From Thermodesulfobacteriota bacterium (GTDB lineage: Bacteria; Desulfobacterota; Binatia; UTPRO1): a stretch of 64,000 nt of DNA. Positions 35,311 to 44,728 of this stretch are shown piece by piece. Positions within the stretch are counted from its first letter, which is position 1. Every line of letters begins with the position of its first letter. The DNA lies in assembly GCA_036781285.1 (NCBI GenBank), contig DAIQBH010000001.1, positions 24,856 to 88,855 on the forward strand. The letters are read 5' to 3'. A program made the translations under genes and the position numbers. The notes below the pieces were generated by a model that was given only the letters and a program-made list of their open reading frames with translations, was not told where the DNA came from and did not search any database.

Positions 35311-35428
35311 CGCTCACAGGAGGGTAACCGACTCGAAGGATAGCGATGAGCGGTACGAACCAGCAATCGCCTGGAAGCAGGACGAAGGGCGTCAAAAAGA
35401 CGTGATGCTCCAATTCTCGCGGAAGAGC

Positions 35429-36748
35429 TCAGATCGGTGACGATGTCATTGCCCGCTCTGGCGCTGGCGCCAGGAGCAGCTTACTCACCCGGCGCCCTTT
35501 CATCTCGATGACCTTCGCGGAATATCCCTCGAGCCGGACAGAGTCCCCAATCCGGGCGATCCGACCGAGCCTCGCGATGACGAACCCGCCCAACGTCGAG
35601 CTCTCGTTCTCCGGCAACGTGATTCCCAGACGTGTGGCGATCTCTTCGAGCAAGACCAATCCATCCACGACGTAGCCATCGGGCGTCGACTCCATACGCG
35701 GCGCCTCGGTGTCGAACTCGTCTTGGATCTCACCGACGATTTCCTCGAGGATGTCTTCGAGAGTGACGAGACCAGACGTCCCCCCGTATTCGTCGACGAC
35801 GATCGCCATGTGAACGCGCCGTTGTTGGAAATCCCGCTGCAGCGCTTCGAGCGGCCGGTTCTCGGGCACGAACAGGATGTCGCGTTTGATCTTCATGAGA
35901 TCAGAAGCGTCGCGGAGGCCCTCCGTCGGCTGGAAGAGATCTTTCGCGTGGATCATCCCGACGACATGATCGACGTCGTCGCCGCACAACGGGTAACGGG
36001 TGTGTTGCGATTGCCGGATCGTGTCCAGATTCTGCGCCAAAGGTCGGAGCAGGCTCAGGTACACGATGTCCGCGCGCGGAACCATGATGTGCTTGGCGGA
36101 CCGTCGCGTGTAGTCGAAGACGTTCTCGAGTAGCCTGCGCTTCGACGCGGAAAGCGTGCCCGTCCGGTGCGACTCGGCCAACAGGATGCGGAGCTCTTCT
36201 TCGGAATGGGCGAGCTCGCTCTCTGACGCGGGCGTAACGGAAAAGATTCGGAGGAACCAACTCGACGAAGCGTTCAGAAACCAGAGTGCGGGGTAGAAGA
36301 GACGATAGAAGACCCGGAGCGGTGGGGCGACGATCAGCGACGTTTCTTCCGGTCGCCGTATGGCGAGGGTCTTCGGGGCGAGCTCGCCGAGCACGATGTG
36401 CAGGAAGGTGATCGTCGCGAACGCAAGAGTGAGGGAGATGCTGTGCACCACATTCTCGGACCAGACACCGACCCCATTCAGCAGCGGCGTGACTAGGCTC
36501 GCGAAGGCCGGCTCTCCGATCCACCCGAGCCCGAGGCTCGCCAGCGTGATGCCTAGCTGCGTCGCGGAGAGATACGCGTCCAGATTCTCGATGGCGCCTT
36601 GAGCGGCGATGGAACCCCGGACCCCCTCCCGAACCAGCTCCTGCACTCGCGTCGAGCGCACCTTTACGATCGCGAACTCCGCGGCCACGAAGAAGGCGTT
36701 CAGGAACACGAGGAGCGCCGCGAGAACGAGGTAGGTACCAGTGTTCAT
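35429..36748 (-). CDS. CNNM/CorC-family transporter (DUF21, CBS pair and CorC-HlyC domains)
   Basis: 439 aa with N-terminal TM helices (DUF21), CBS domains and a C-terminal transporter-associated domain. Confidence 0.9.
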   Translation of the reverse strand: MNTGTYLVLAALLVFLNAFFVAAEFAIVKVRSTRVQELVREGVRGSIAAQGAIENLDAYLSATQLGITLASLGLGWIGEPAFASLVTPLLNGVGVWSENVVHSISLTLAFATITFLHIVLGELAPKTLAIRRPEETSLIVAPPLRVFYRLFYPALWFLNASSSWFLRIFSVTPASESELAHSEEELRILLAESHRTGTLSASKRRLLENVFDYTRRSAKHIMVPRADIVYLSLLRPLAQNLDTIRQSQHTRYPLCGDDVDHVVGMIHAKDLFQPTEGLRDASDLMKIKRDILFVPENRPLEALQRDFQQRRVHMAIVVDEYGGTSGLVTLEDILEEIVGEIQDEFDTEAPRMESTPDGYVVDGLVLLEEIATRLGITLPENESSTLGGFVIARLGRIARIGDSVRLEGYSAKVIEMKGRRVSKLLLAPAPERAMTSSPI

Positions 36749-36946
36749 GGGTCGCGCCGGCGATCGTCTACGAGGCTACGTGGGCGGCTACGAAACAATG
36801 GCGATGTGAAACATGGCGCGCGCATCACGCGTGGGGCGCGAATCTAGCCAATCGCTCAGCGCCCCCGCAACCTCGCCATTTCGGCTGCTGACAGTGCGAG
36901 CGACCATGTTATAGGCTCCCAGAGAGCGAAACCGAGGAGGGTGCAT

Positions 36947-37480
36947 ATGCGAAGGGTCATGAGGACGGTCATCGCTTCCCTGGGACTGGTGGCGGTTGCG
37001 GCACCGTGCTTCGCGAGGGCGGTAACCATCGGACCGGGCCTGCCGCTGGGCGAACGTGGTTTCGAGCGACAGCTCCGTTTGAATCCGGAGCTGCGGACCT
37101 ACGTCGCACTGCGTGGCTATCCCGATTGGGTCGAGGAAGTCGAGGTCGACAGCGATCTTCCTCTGGAATCACACGAGTTGCGGTTGTACTACCTGCGCCT
37201 CGACCGCGAGATTTCCTTCACGCGCGCGTATATTCTTGGGCGGCCCCGCGTGAGCATGCGGCTCTCCGAGCGCCCTCTGGAGGCCGTCGACCGCGCTCGC
37301 ATCGAAGCGGCCTACCTGGCCGTCGATCCGGCTCGCCGCTCCGAGCTCGCAGCGGATCGGGCCCTCGCCGCGGCCGAGCAGGCTGAGCGCGCCGCGGACG
37401 CGGTGGAACGGCTCGCTGATCGTGCGGAGCAGTTCAGCGATCAAATGGAACGCGATTTCCATCGCCGTCTGCGGAAGTAG
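36947..37480 (+). CDS. Secreted hypothetical protein with a C-terminal coiled coil
   Basis: ATG with GAGGAGG 6 nt upstream. Signal peptide MRRVMRTVIASLGLVAVAAPCFA, and an Ala/Arg/Glu-rich tail. Confidence 0.6.
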   Translation: MRRVMRTVIASLGLVAVAAPCFARAVTIGPGLPLGERGFERQLRLNPELRTYVALRGYPDWVEEVEVDSDLPLESHELRLYYLRLDREISFTRAYILGRPRVSMRLSERPLEAVDRARIEAAYLAVDPARRSELAADRALAAAEQAERAADAVERLADRAEQFSDQMERDFHRRLRK

Positions 37481-37494
37481 CCCTTTGCAGCCTA

Positions 37495-37543
37495 ACCCGA
37501 TCCGGGTTTCGTGCTCGGATCGGGTATCCCCGCATTCTTTTCG
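37495..37543 (+). terminator. Rho-independent terminator after the 36947-37480 gene
   Basis: ACCCGATCCG-loop-CGGATCGGGT, a 10-bp perfect stem, followed by ATCCCCGCATTCTTTTCG. Confidence 0.6.
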
Positions 37544-37839
37544 CGAACCGCGCATATCTGCATGATCGAGCTAGCGAACGCTGCTCCGCAGTTCGCGGAG
37601 CCGACGCTTGGGCGAGTTGTACGCTGGACGCACACGCAAGGCGTGCGAACCACGTCGTCGTCGACGCGGCAACTGGCCGGTATAACTCGAGAATCCTTGA
37701 TACTGCAGCGCACCGTCGAGTTCGGGAGTCGCGTCCGGAATTGCGCCAAGCGACGGCCTCGAAACCTGCGGATTGGTGGCACGGAACTTGGTGACATGCG
37801 GTGCAGACACCGTCTGCATCTCGAGAGGAGATCCCCCGC

Positions 37840-38094
37840 ATGTTCCGCCAGCCTACCAGTGCCGCTTTGGCCGTCCGCCCCGCTCTCGTGAGCGACATGC
37901 ATCTCGATTTCCGGACGTCGTACGAGACGTTGTTCCTGCTGGTCGAGCTCTCGGACGCGATGAAGCGTGGTGTCCGCCACTATCGGCTGGACGGAACCCC
38001 TCTCGATCAACTGAACAAGGTCGTCGAGGCGCTGATCTTCGACGGCGAGGTTTTCTTCGACGACGCAGCCAGCGCCGCGCCACTCGGCCATTGA
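37840..38094 (+). CDS. Small hypothetical protein (84 aa)
   Basis: ATG preceded by GAGAGGAG (MFRQPTSAALAVRPALVSDMHLDFRTSYETLFLLVELSDAMKRG...). No family recognised. Confidence 0.4.
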   Translation: MFRQPTSAALAVRPALVSDMHLDFRTSYETLFLLVELSDAMKRGVRHYRLDGTPLDQLNKVVEALIFDGEVFFDDAASAAPLGH

Positions 38095-38145
38095 GAACTG
38101 CGGCGAGGTGAGCGGCGGCAAGCACGCTCACCTCGCAGGCATGCG

Positions 38146-38598
38146 TTACGCGGATTTCTTCAGATACTCCCGGGGGCCAGTGATGCTGTGCCTGCGGCCG
38201 TTCACCCGGCGGAAAGGGAACCGGTAGAGCGTCGGCTGGCCCTTACTGATCCGACTCAGCTCCGCCTTCTTCCACCGCGCCATCCCAGCGCGAAGGTACT
38301 CAGGCTCTAGATCGAGTGCCGCGCACACGTTCTCGAACGAGAACGGCCAATTCGCTTCGTCCCCTGACGTCCAGGTCTCGACTTCCTCGACGAGCCGTTG
38401 GCTTCGGCGGTTGTCGGACATCACGTGGCGTTGGAACGTTGCGATGGCCTCCTCCAGCACGGCGAGCATCAATCGCTTCTCGGGCTGAAATGCGGCATCA
38501 GAGCCGACCCGATCGAAATACTGTGCCGGCACCAGAGTGTCGGGCTCGAGGGGAGTAGGGTTCCGCTCTTCCGTCATTCCCGCGCTACGAAGTTCCAT
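38146..38598 (-). CDS. Hypothetical protein, paralog A of an unrecognised family
   Basis: 150 aa. GGAG RBS. Shares P.QYF / E.RLMLAVLE.A / W.F.FEN.C / YLR.G..RW blocks with the 41078-41482 protein. Confidence 0.6.
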   Translation of the reverse strand: MELRSAGMTEERNPTPLEPDTLVPAQYFDRVGSDAAFQPEKRLMLAVLEEAIATFQRHVMSDNRRSQRLVEEVETWTSGDEANWPFSFENVCAALDLEPEYLRAGMARWKKAELSRISKGQPTLYRFPFRRVNGRRHSITGPREYLKKSA

Positions 38599-38868
38599 GG
38601 GGAGCTCCTTCTGACAGTGGACCGTTGGACCGTGACGTCGGGTTCAGCAGGTCGCATGCCAGTATGGAGGTTTACGCTAACTCCGCGCCATTTCGGCGCT
38701 CTCCGTTCGCCGGCACCCAAGAAGCGCCGCAGAAGCTTGGGCTTTCGGGCCTGAAACACGACCACTGATGCTTTGAAACACCACACCCCGATCGGCCGAC
38801 CGGCGGTCCTGAGAGACGACTCCCGATGCGTTGCCACGACTCGGCGATCTGGTAGCTTCCCGCGTCCC

Positions 38869-40248
38869 ATGTCCGAGTTCGAAGCCGGGAACGACCCAGC
38901 GGCTCGCCAGCCAGTCGCGGGTGTCGAGGACCTGATTCGATACGTCGCTTCGGGCGCGAAGCCGCGCAGCGAATGGCGCGTCGGCACCGAGTACGAAAAG
39001 GTGGGGGTCCTACGGGAAACCGGCCTTGCGGCACCTTTCAGCGGCGAGCGAGGCATCGAATCGGTGCTCGAGCGGCTTGCCGATCGCTATGGTTGGCAGC
39101 CCAAGCGCGAGCAAGGACGGATCATCGCGCTCACGGGTCGTGACGCCAACATCACGGTCGAGCCGGGTGGACAGCTCGAGCTCAGTGGAGAGCAGTGCGC
39201 GAGTATTCATTGCGCGCACGAAGAGCTGATCGCACACGTGAAGGAAGTCGTCACGGTCGGTGCGGAGCTCGACATCGTGTTTCTCGGGCTCGGTATACAG
39301 CCTGTGAGTCCGGTCGACGCCATCGAGTGGGTTCCGAAGCGTCGGTACGGGATCATGGGCCCGTACATGGCGCAGGTTGGAACGATGGGTCAGCGGATGA
39401 TGAAGCAAACCGCGACCGTTCAGGCGAACTTCGACTTCGGTGATGAGCGCGATGCGATGCAAAAGTTCCGAGTCGCGATGGGTTTGGCGCCGCTCATTTC
39501 CGCAATGTTCGCCAACTCGTCGATTTCCGAAAACCGCTTCAACGGCTTCATGACCATGCGCGGTCACATCTGGACGGATACGGACAACGCGCGCTCGGGC
39601 ATGCTACCCTTCGCGTTCTCGCCGGAAGCGGGTATCGAGGATTACGTCGAGTACGCGCTCGATGTGCCGATGTACTTCATCATCCGGAACGGCGATTACG
39701 TCGAAACCCACATCACGTTCCGTCGATTCATGGTGGAGGGCTGGGGTGCCGAGCGTGCGACCCTCGACGATTGGGCCCTGCACCTCACGACTCTTTTTCC
39801 TGAGGTACGCTTGAAGCGATACCTCGAGATACGCAGCGCCGACAGTCAGCCTCCGGAAATGATGCTGGCACTTCCAGCTCTTCTGAAAGGCGTGCTCTAC
39901 GAGCCCGACGCGCTTCAGGGTGCCTGGGACCTCGTTCGCTCGTGGAGCTGGGCCGAACGCGTATCGCTGTATCGCGACGCCCACCGCGAGGGTTTGCACG
40001 CGCGTGTTCGTCGCATTCGACTCGCAGAGCTCGCTCGCGAGCTCGTCGAGATCGGCGCGTCCGGTCTTCGTCGCCAAAGTCAACTGAACGATCGGGGCGA
40101 AGACGAGCGCATCTATCTCCACCGCATGGAAGAGTTGGTCCGGGACGGAAATTCGCTCGGTCGTAGGCTCGCCGAGCTATGGGAAGGGCCGTGGAACCGT
40201 GACGTGCGGAAGCTGATCGAGCACACCACGTATCGCCTCCCGCACTAA
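38869..40248 (+). CDS. gshA: Glutamate-cysteine ligase, plant/alpha-proteobacterial type (GCS2 family)
   Basis: Matches plant-type gamma-ECS blocks: GTEYEKVGV, VEPGGQLELSG, MRGHIWTDTDNARSGMLPFAF, WALHLTTLFPEVRLKRYLEIRSAD. The start is set at the internal Met (MSEFEAG...). Confidence 0.85.
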   Translation: MSEFEAGNDPAARQPVAGVEDLIRYVASGAKPRSEWRVGTEYEKVGVLRETGLAAPFSGERGIESVLERLADRYGWQPKREQGRIIALTGRDANITVEPGGQLELSGEQCASIHCAHEELIAHVKEVVTVGAELDIVFLGLGIQPVSPVDAIEWVPKRRYGIMGPYMAQVGTMGQRMMKQTATVQANFDFGDERDAMQKFRVAMGLAPLISAMFANSSISENRFNGFMTMRGHIWTDTDNARSGMLPFAFSPEAGIEDYVEYALDVPMYFIIRNGDYVETHITFRRFMVEGWGAERATLDDWALHLTTLFPEVRLKRYLEIRSADSQPPEMMLALPALLKGVLYEPDALQGAWDLVRSWSWAERVSLYRDAHREGLHARVRRIRLAELARELVEIGASGLRRQSQLNDRGEDERIYLHRMEELVRDGNSLGRRLAELWEGPWNRDVRKLIEHTTYRLPH

Positions 40249-40367
40249 GCGTTCCGGTCGCATTCGGCCTTCAAATCGGTCGGCCCGGATCCTCCGCGAC
40301 AGCCGTTGCCGTCGGCGTTGGCTTCGTCTTTCATTCGCCCTAGAAGCACGACCAGGAGGCATACGAC

Positions 40368-40982
40368 ATGTCCGAAGCCGCATGGGCGTTCGAACAGGTT
40401 CCATTGAATCTTACGCGCACCAAACCGGTGCGCCTCGCAGGGCTTCTCGAAGTTGAAGACGAGCTCGAGGAAATTCAGGTCCTAGGAGAGGCCAATCCCT
40501 CCACGAAAATGAAGCACCCAAGGGTACGAGCCTTTCGCGTACGCCGCGATCTGCAGTCAGTGGGTCTTCAGAAGGGTGACTGTTTGCTGGTGCAGCCGAA
40601 GCGCGTTGCCCCCAATGACCTCGCCGTCATCTCGACGGACGGTGCGTTCTCGGTACGTCGGGTGGCGGCGGTAGCGAACGAGCGAATGAGGCGAGCGGAA
40701 ACCAGTGACTCGGAGGCAACGCCGCCACGCGTCATTGGAGGCTTTGTCGGCATCCTCCGAAAGCGGCTCGCGCCTTGTACACACAGGCCCGCTTCCTCGG
40801 GATTCGATCTTGTTCCACCAAGCGACCCGCATGTTTCGGGAAAGATGAGGTGGCTGCGCAGTAAGCTCGGGATGGTGGAGTCGACCTGCGCCGAAACCAC
40901 AAACCCCAAGCTCAAGCGAGCACTTCAGTACGAGGCTCGGAGTCTCCGGCGACAGCTCCAAATTGAAGCAGGCGCCAAGTAG
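40368..40982 (+). CDS. LexA/UmuD-like S24 peptidase-fold protein without an HTH
   Basis: 204 aa. The region RAFRVRRDLQSVGLQKGDCLLVQPKRVAPNDLAVISTDGAFSVRRV resembles the LexA C-terminal domain, but the catalytic Ser/Lys are not clearly conserved. Confidence 0.5.
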   Translation: MSEAAWAFEQVPLNLTRTKPVRLAGLLEVEDELEEIQVLGEANPSTKMKHPRVRAFRVRRDLQSVGLQKGDCLLVQPKRVAPNDLAVISTDGAFSVRRVAAVANERMRRAETSDSEATPPRVIGGFVGILRKRLAPCTHRPASSGFDLVPPSDPHVSGKMRWLRSKLGMVESTCAETTNPKLKRALQYEARSLRRQLQIEAGAK

Positions 40983-41077
40983 TCTAGCTAATAATCGAAC
41001 GTAAGTTTTTTCATTTCATAGTGCCCAACTCCCACGCTAGTAATTTGCCGCAACGCGGCATCGAAGGGGGAAAGGCA

Positions 41078-41482
41078 ATGCAAGCAAGGGCAAAGAAGTC
41101 AGAGGGTGGCAGCGGGGCAGGACTATTCGAACCGGATATTCTCCTGCCAAATCAATATTTTGCGGCTTTTCGTCGCGGTCGGGCTGTAGAAGGTGAGCGG
41201 CGGCTGATGCTCGCGGTTCTCGAGGACGCCGTCGATAGTTACCGCAAGCATGCAGTTGCCTGCGATCCGCGCGAGCAGGCGTGCTTTCTCGAGGCCAAGG
41301 AGTGGTTCTCGTCCGACGACCGTTCCTGGCTCTTCGCCTTCGAGAACATCTGCGACGTTCTCGAGATGAACGCCGATTACCTCCGTTCCGGATTGGATCG
41401 GTGGCGCCGGTCGGTCGCTATGCGAGCCGCGCAGCATAGTGACGTGCGGTTCGACGAGCAGCTCCAAAACGCCACGGCGTGA
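41078..41482 (+). CDS. Hypothetical protein, paralog B of the same unrecognised family
   Basis: Starts at an internal ATG with GGGGGAAAGG upstream. Shares the conserved blocks with 38146-38598, in inverted orientation. Confidence 0.6.
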   Translation: MQARAKKSEGGSGAGLFEPDILLPNQYFAAFRRGRAVEGERRLMLAVLEDAVDSYRKHAVACDPREQACFLEAKEWFSSDDRSWLFAFENICDVLEMNADYLRSGLDRWRRSVAMRAAQHSDVRFDEQLQNATA

Positions 41483-41507
41483 TGCGTCGAGGCGGCCGAG
41501 CGGAACG

Positions 41508-42548
41508 CTACTGCTCGGCCGCCTCCGCTTGCTCCTGCGGCAACATCGCGGCCACGGTCCCGATTACGACCGGTAGACCGGTCTGAGCCGTAATTGCCTG
41601 GCGCAGCCGGGTTTCGTCGATACGGTCGAGCCAGCCGCGTCTCGCCAGAAATCGCCGCGCTTCTTCGACCAGATCTCCGCGAAGAGAATAAATGTCCGGG
41701 TGCACTTCGACGTAGATCTCGTCGTCGCGGCTACCCACCTTGACCGGCTGATACAGGAACTCGCCAGGGCTGCCGACCGGCACCTCGCGGAAAAGCACCG
41801 CGATGTCTTCGTTGTATAGGCGAATACATCCGTGACTGACCTGCATGCCCACGCCCCAGGGCATGTTTGATCCATGCAGCGCATAGAGCGGCAGCGTCAG
41901 CTCAAGCCGGTGATGCCCAAGGGGATTCTCCGGATCACCGCCGGCGATGGACGTCCGCGGATCGTTGCGCTCCCGGATGTGCTCCGCTCGGATGGATTCG
42001 GGGATCACCCAGGTGGGATTCTCCGTCTTGCCGCGGATTTTGAAGGTGCCCTCGGGAGTACGCCAGTCGTCGCGACCGAGACCGACCGGATAGGTCACCA
42101 CCATGCCACCCGATTGGTAGTGGTAGAGTCGCATTTCCGGAATGTTGACGATGATGCCTTGTGGTCGTGCATCTGGCAGCACGAACTCGGTCGGAATCAG
42201 GAGGACTTCCCCCGGCGATGGCATCCACGGGTCGACACCGGGGTTGGCGGACGTCATCTCGTTGTACCCGAGATCGAAATGTCGCCCGACGTCGAGCAGC
42301 GTGTCCCCCTCCTGCACAACGTAGGTGGAAAGATCACCGACGACGCTCGCATCCGAGCCGACAGCGATCCGGAATGGGTAGCGGACGGGTGTGCGAGTCG
42401 CGAAATCGTCCTCGGTCCAACGCGACGCGTGTGCGACAGTGAAGACTCCGAGACTCACCACCAGCCCCGCCCAGAGACTTGCAATCGCACGCGGACGGCA
42501 CGTTCTACGCAACGATTTCATTCCCAAACCCCCAGATGTGCCGCTCAT
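41508..42548 (-). CDS. L,D-transpeptidase (YkuD) with a LysM domain
   Basis: Signal/TM, LysM (VVQEGDTLLDVGRHFDLGYNEMTSANP), and catalytic SHGCIRL. Confidence 0.88.
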   Translation of the reverse strand: MSGTSGGLGMKSLRRTCRPRAIASLWAGLVVSLGVFTVAHASRWTEDDFATRTPVRYPFRIAVGSDASVVGDLSTYVVQEGDTLLDVGRHFDLGYNEMTSANPGVDPWMPSPGEVLLIPTEFVLPDARPQGIIVNIPEMRLYHYQSGGMVVTYPVGLGRDDWRTPEGTFKIRGKTENPTWVIPESIRAEHIRERNDPRTSIAGGDPENPLGHHRLELTLPLYALHGSNMPWGVGMQVSHGCIRLYNEDIAVLFREVPVGSPGEFLYQPVKVGSRDDEIYVEVHPDIYSLRGDLVEEARRFLARRGWLDRIDETRLRQAITAQTGLPVVIGTVAAMLPQEQAEAAEQ

Positions 42549-42608
42549 TGCGTCACGTCACGCGACACTCTGTAGCAACGACCATTCCTTGTCGAGACGG
42601 AAGCAGCT

Positions 42609-43835
42609 GTGAAATACTCCAAAGGCTCCATGACGCGACGGTGTTTCGGGAGGTTGTCGATGCAAACGAGTGGTCGGGGGTGGTGGGTGGTGATGGCGGC
42701 GTCGATGCTCCTGCTGGCGCAGGCCGTGCGCGCGGAGATGGATCCGCCACGCGTGACAGCGAAGGCGGCGATCGTAGTCGATGCGCGCACTGGTAGCGTT
42801 CTGTGGTCGCAGGCGCCGGATGAAAGGCTGCCTCCGGCTAGTACGACGAAGGTGATGACCGCGGTGCTTGCTCTCGAGAGCGGGCGTCTGGCCGATCGCG
42901 TAGAGGCGAGCCCTCAGGCGTGCATGGTTGCGCCGAGCAAGGTCAATCTCCGGCCTGGACAGCGACTGGTTCTCGAAGACCTCGTGTATGCGATTCTCTT
43001 GAATTCAGCGAACGACGCGAGCATCGCGATCGCGGAGCATCTTTCGCCGAGCGTCGCGGATTTCGGCGACCGGATGACTCGACGCGCGCATCTTCTCGGC
43101 GCGTCTCGTACGAACTTCGTGAACCCTCACGGACTCACGCAAGACGGGCACTATTCGACAGTGCGTGACCTCGCGACGATCTTCCGCTACGCGCTCGCGG
43201 TCCCCAAGTTTCGTGAGGTCCTCGGTACGAAATCGGTGGTCGTCGGGGTCGAGAACAGCACCCGCCGCATCGCGCTTCGCAGCCACAACCGCTTTCTCGA
43301 CGCGTATCGCATCCCCGTGATCGGCAAAACCGGCTACACGATCGCCGCGAAGAAGTGCTTCGTCGGTGCGGGACGGTACGGCGACCGGGAGATCATCATC
43401 GCCCTCATGGGCTCGCGCGATCTCTGGGGCGATGCCCGTCGTCTTCTCGAGTTCGGCTTCGACGGCGACCTTCCACCCGAGGTGCGACCCGGAGCGAAGG
43501 GTCGTCGCATGGCCAGTCAAAAGGCGCCGGCCCGTGGCGCGCGCACCCCCGAGCGGACCGTCGCGGTAGCCTCCGCGAAGAGCTCGCGCTCGCCGCAGTA
43601 CGCGATCCACGTCGGAACCTTCGACCAGAAAGAACGCGCGTTGCGCTTGCAGCGCGCGCTCGGTCGCCGCGGCTTCGACGTCGCCGTCGACCAGTTGTCC
43701 GCGGGGCGAGGAAAGAAGCGACGCATTCAGTACCGCGTGCAGGTCGGTCCCTACAAGAATCGCGGCCAAGCCGAGTCGGCCGCGCGCAGCATGGCAGCGC
43801 AGGTCGACTTGCCTACCCGCGTCGTGCAACGCTGA
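42609..43835 (+). CDS. D-alanyl-D-alanine carboxypeptidase (S11, PBP5-like) with a C-terminal SPOR domain
   Basis: SxxK (ASTTK) and SxN motifs. C-terminal SPOR (AIHVGTFDQKERALRLQRAL...YRVQVGPYKNRGQAESA). Confidence 0.85.
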   Translation: MKYSKGSMTRRCFGRLSMQTSGRGWWVVMAASMLLLAQAVRAEMDPPRVTAKAAIVVDARTGSVLWSQAPDERLPPASTTKVMTAVLALESGRLADRVEASPQACMVAPSKVNLRPGQRLVLEDLVYAILLNSANDASIAIAEHLSPSVADFGDRMTRRAHLLGASRTNFVNPHGLTQDGHYSTVRDLATIFRYALAVPKFREVLGTKSVVVGVENSTRRIALRSHNRFLDAYRIPVIGKTGYTIAAKKCFVGAGRYGDREIIIALMGSRDLWGDARRLLEFGFDGDLPPEVRPGAKGRRMASQKAPARGARTPERTVAVASAKSSRSPQYAIHVGTFDQKERALRLQRALGRRGFDVAVDQLSAGRGKKRRIQYRVQVGPYKNRGQAESAARSMAAQVDLPTRVVQR

Positions 43836-43856
43836 CATGGCGGCGGGAGACGTTAC

Positions 43857-44060
43857 GTGCGCGGAACGATCAAGAAGATCGTCAAGGAGAAGGGCTTCGG
43901 GTTCATCGTGCCCGATGACGGCAGCGACGACGTCTTTTTCCATCGCTCGCGGGTCGCGCCAAAAGTGCGGTTCGAGGACCTCCGCGAAGGCGACGAGGTC
44001 GAATTCCAGACCCGGTCCGGGGACAAGGGTCCTCAGGGGTTCGACGTAAAGGTTCGCTAG
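43857..44060 (+). CDS. Cold-shock protein (CspA family)
   Basis: 67 aa (GTIKKIVKEKGFGFIVPDDGSDDVFFHRS) with RNP1/RNP2-like motifs. Confidence 0.88.
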   Translation: MRGTIKKIVKEKGFGFIVPDDGSDDVFFHRSRVAPKVRFEDLREGDEVEFQTRSGDKGPQGFDVKVR

Positions 44061-44728
44061 CTGGCGGTTCGCGAGCGCGCAGGCGCGATCGCGAGTAGAT
44101 CCGGAAGCGCCCGCAGCTCGTCGATCACGATCTCGCCTCCGCTCACCGGGCCGATCCCGACGTATGCGACTCCGGCTGCGGCTGCCGCGTCTCGATCGAC
44201 CGAGGTGTCGCCCACAAAAACCGCCGATCCGGCCGCGACACCAGTTCGCCGGAGGCACGCGAGCAACAGATCGGGGGCGGGCTTCGGTCGAGGTACGTCG
44301 AGGATGCCGAGCGTGGCCGCGAAGAAGCGCTCCAGGGAGAAGAACTTCGTCACGCCCGCTACGGTGCGGCCGCGGTTCGTTGCGAGCGCCAACGGACAAT
44401 GCGCCGTGAGGCGTTCCAGGGTTGCCTCGAGCTCGGGGGTCGGACGCATCAACGGATAGAAGGGGGTGTAGTCGGCGGTCGCGGCCGCCGCCCGCGCCCG
44501 CTCGAGCATCTCGGGGTCGTCCGCGAACAGCTGGCCCCAGAGTTGCGGTCCCGAAAGACGATGACAGAGCTCGCGACCGGTTGCATCGAGCGGTCCCACG
44601 CCGATCGTCGCGAGCACGGCATCGTAGAACGCCACGTTGGCGTCCCAGGAATCGAAGAGAACGCCGTCGCAATCGAGGATCACCAACTCGACGGCATCCC
44701 CGACGGGAATGGAGGGCCGAACGTTCAC
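44057..44728 (-). CDS. HAD-superfamily hydrolase
   Basis: Motif I ILDCDGVLFDS. Starts from a GTG overlapping the glpK stop (GTGA). The track N-terminus overlaps glpK. Confidence 0.75.
   Translation of the reverse strand: MNVRPSIPVGDAVELVILDCDGVLFDSWDANVAFYDAVLATIGVGPLDATGRELCHRLSGPQLWGQLFADDPEMLERARAAAATADYTPFYPLMRPTPELEATLERLTAHCPLALATNRGRTVAGVTKFFSLERFFAATLGILDVPRPKPAPDLLLACLRRTGVAAGSAVFVGDTSVDRDAAAAAGVAYVGIGPVSGGEIVIDELRALPDLLAIAPARSRTAS

Noticed and set aside
35901-36524. 207-aa ORF and similar ORFs inside the CorC gene
   Set aside because: They are shadow frames within a well-supported CNNM/CorC coding region.
37492-38121. 209-aa minus-strand ORF
   Set aside because: It is Arg/Cys/Ser-rich with low complexity. 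It lies antisense to the RBS-supported small gene at 37840-38094 and spans a terminator.
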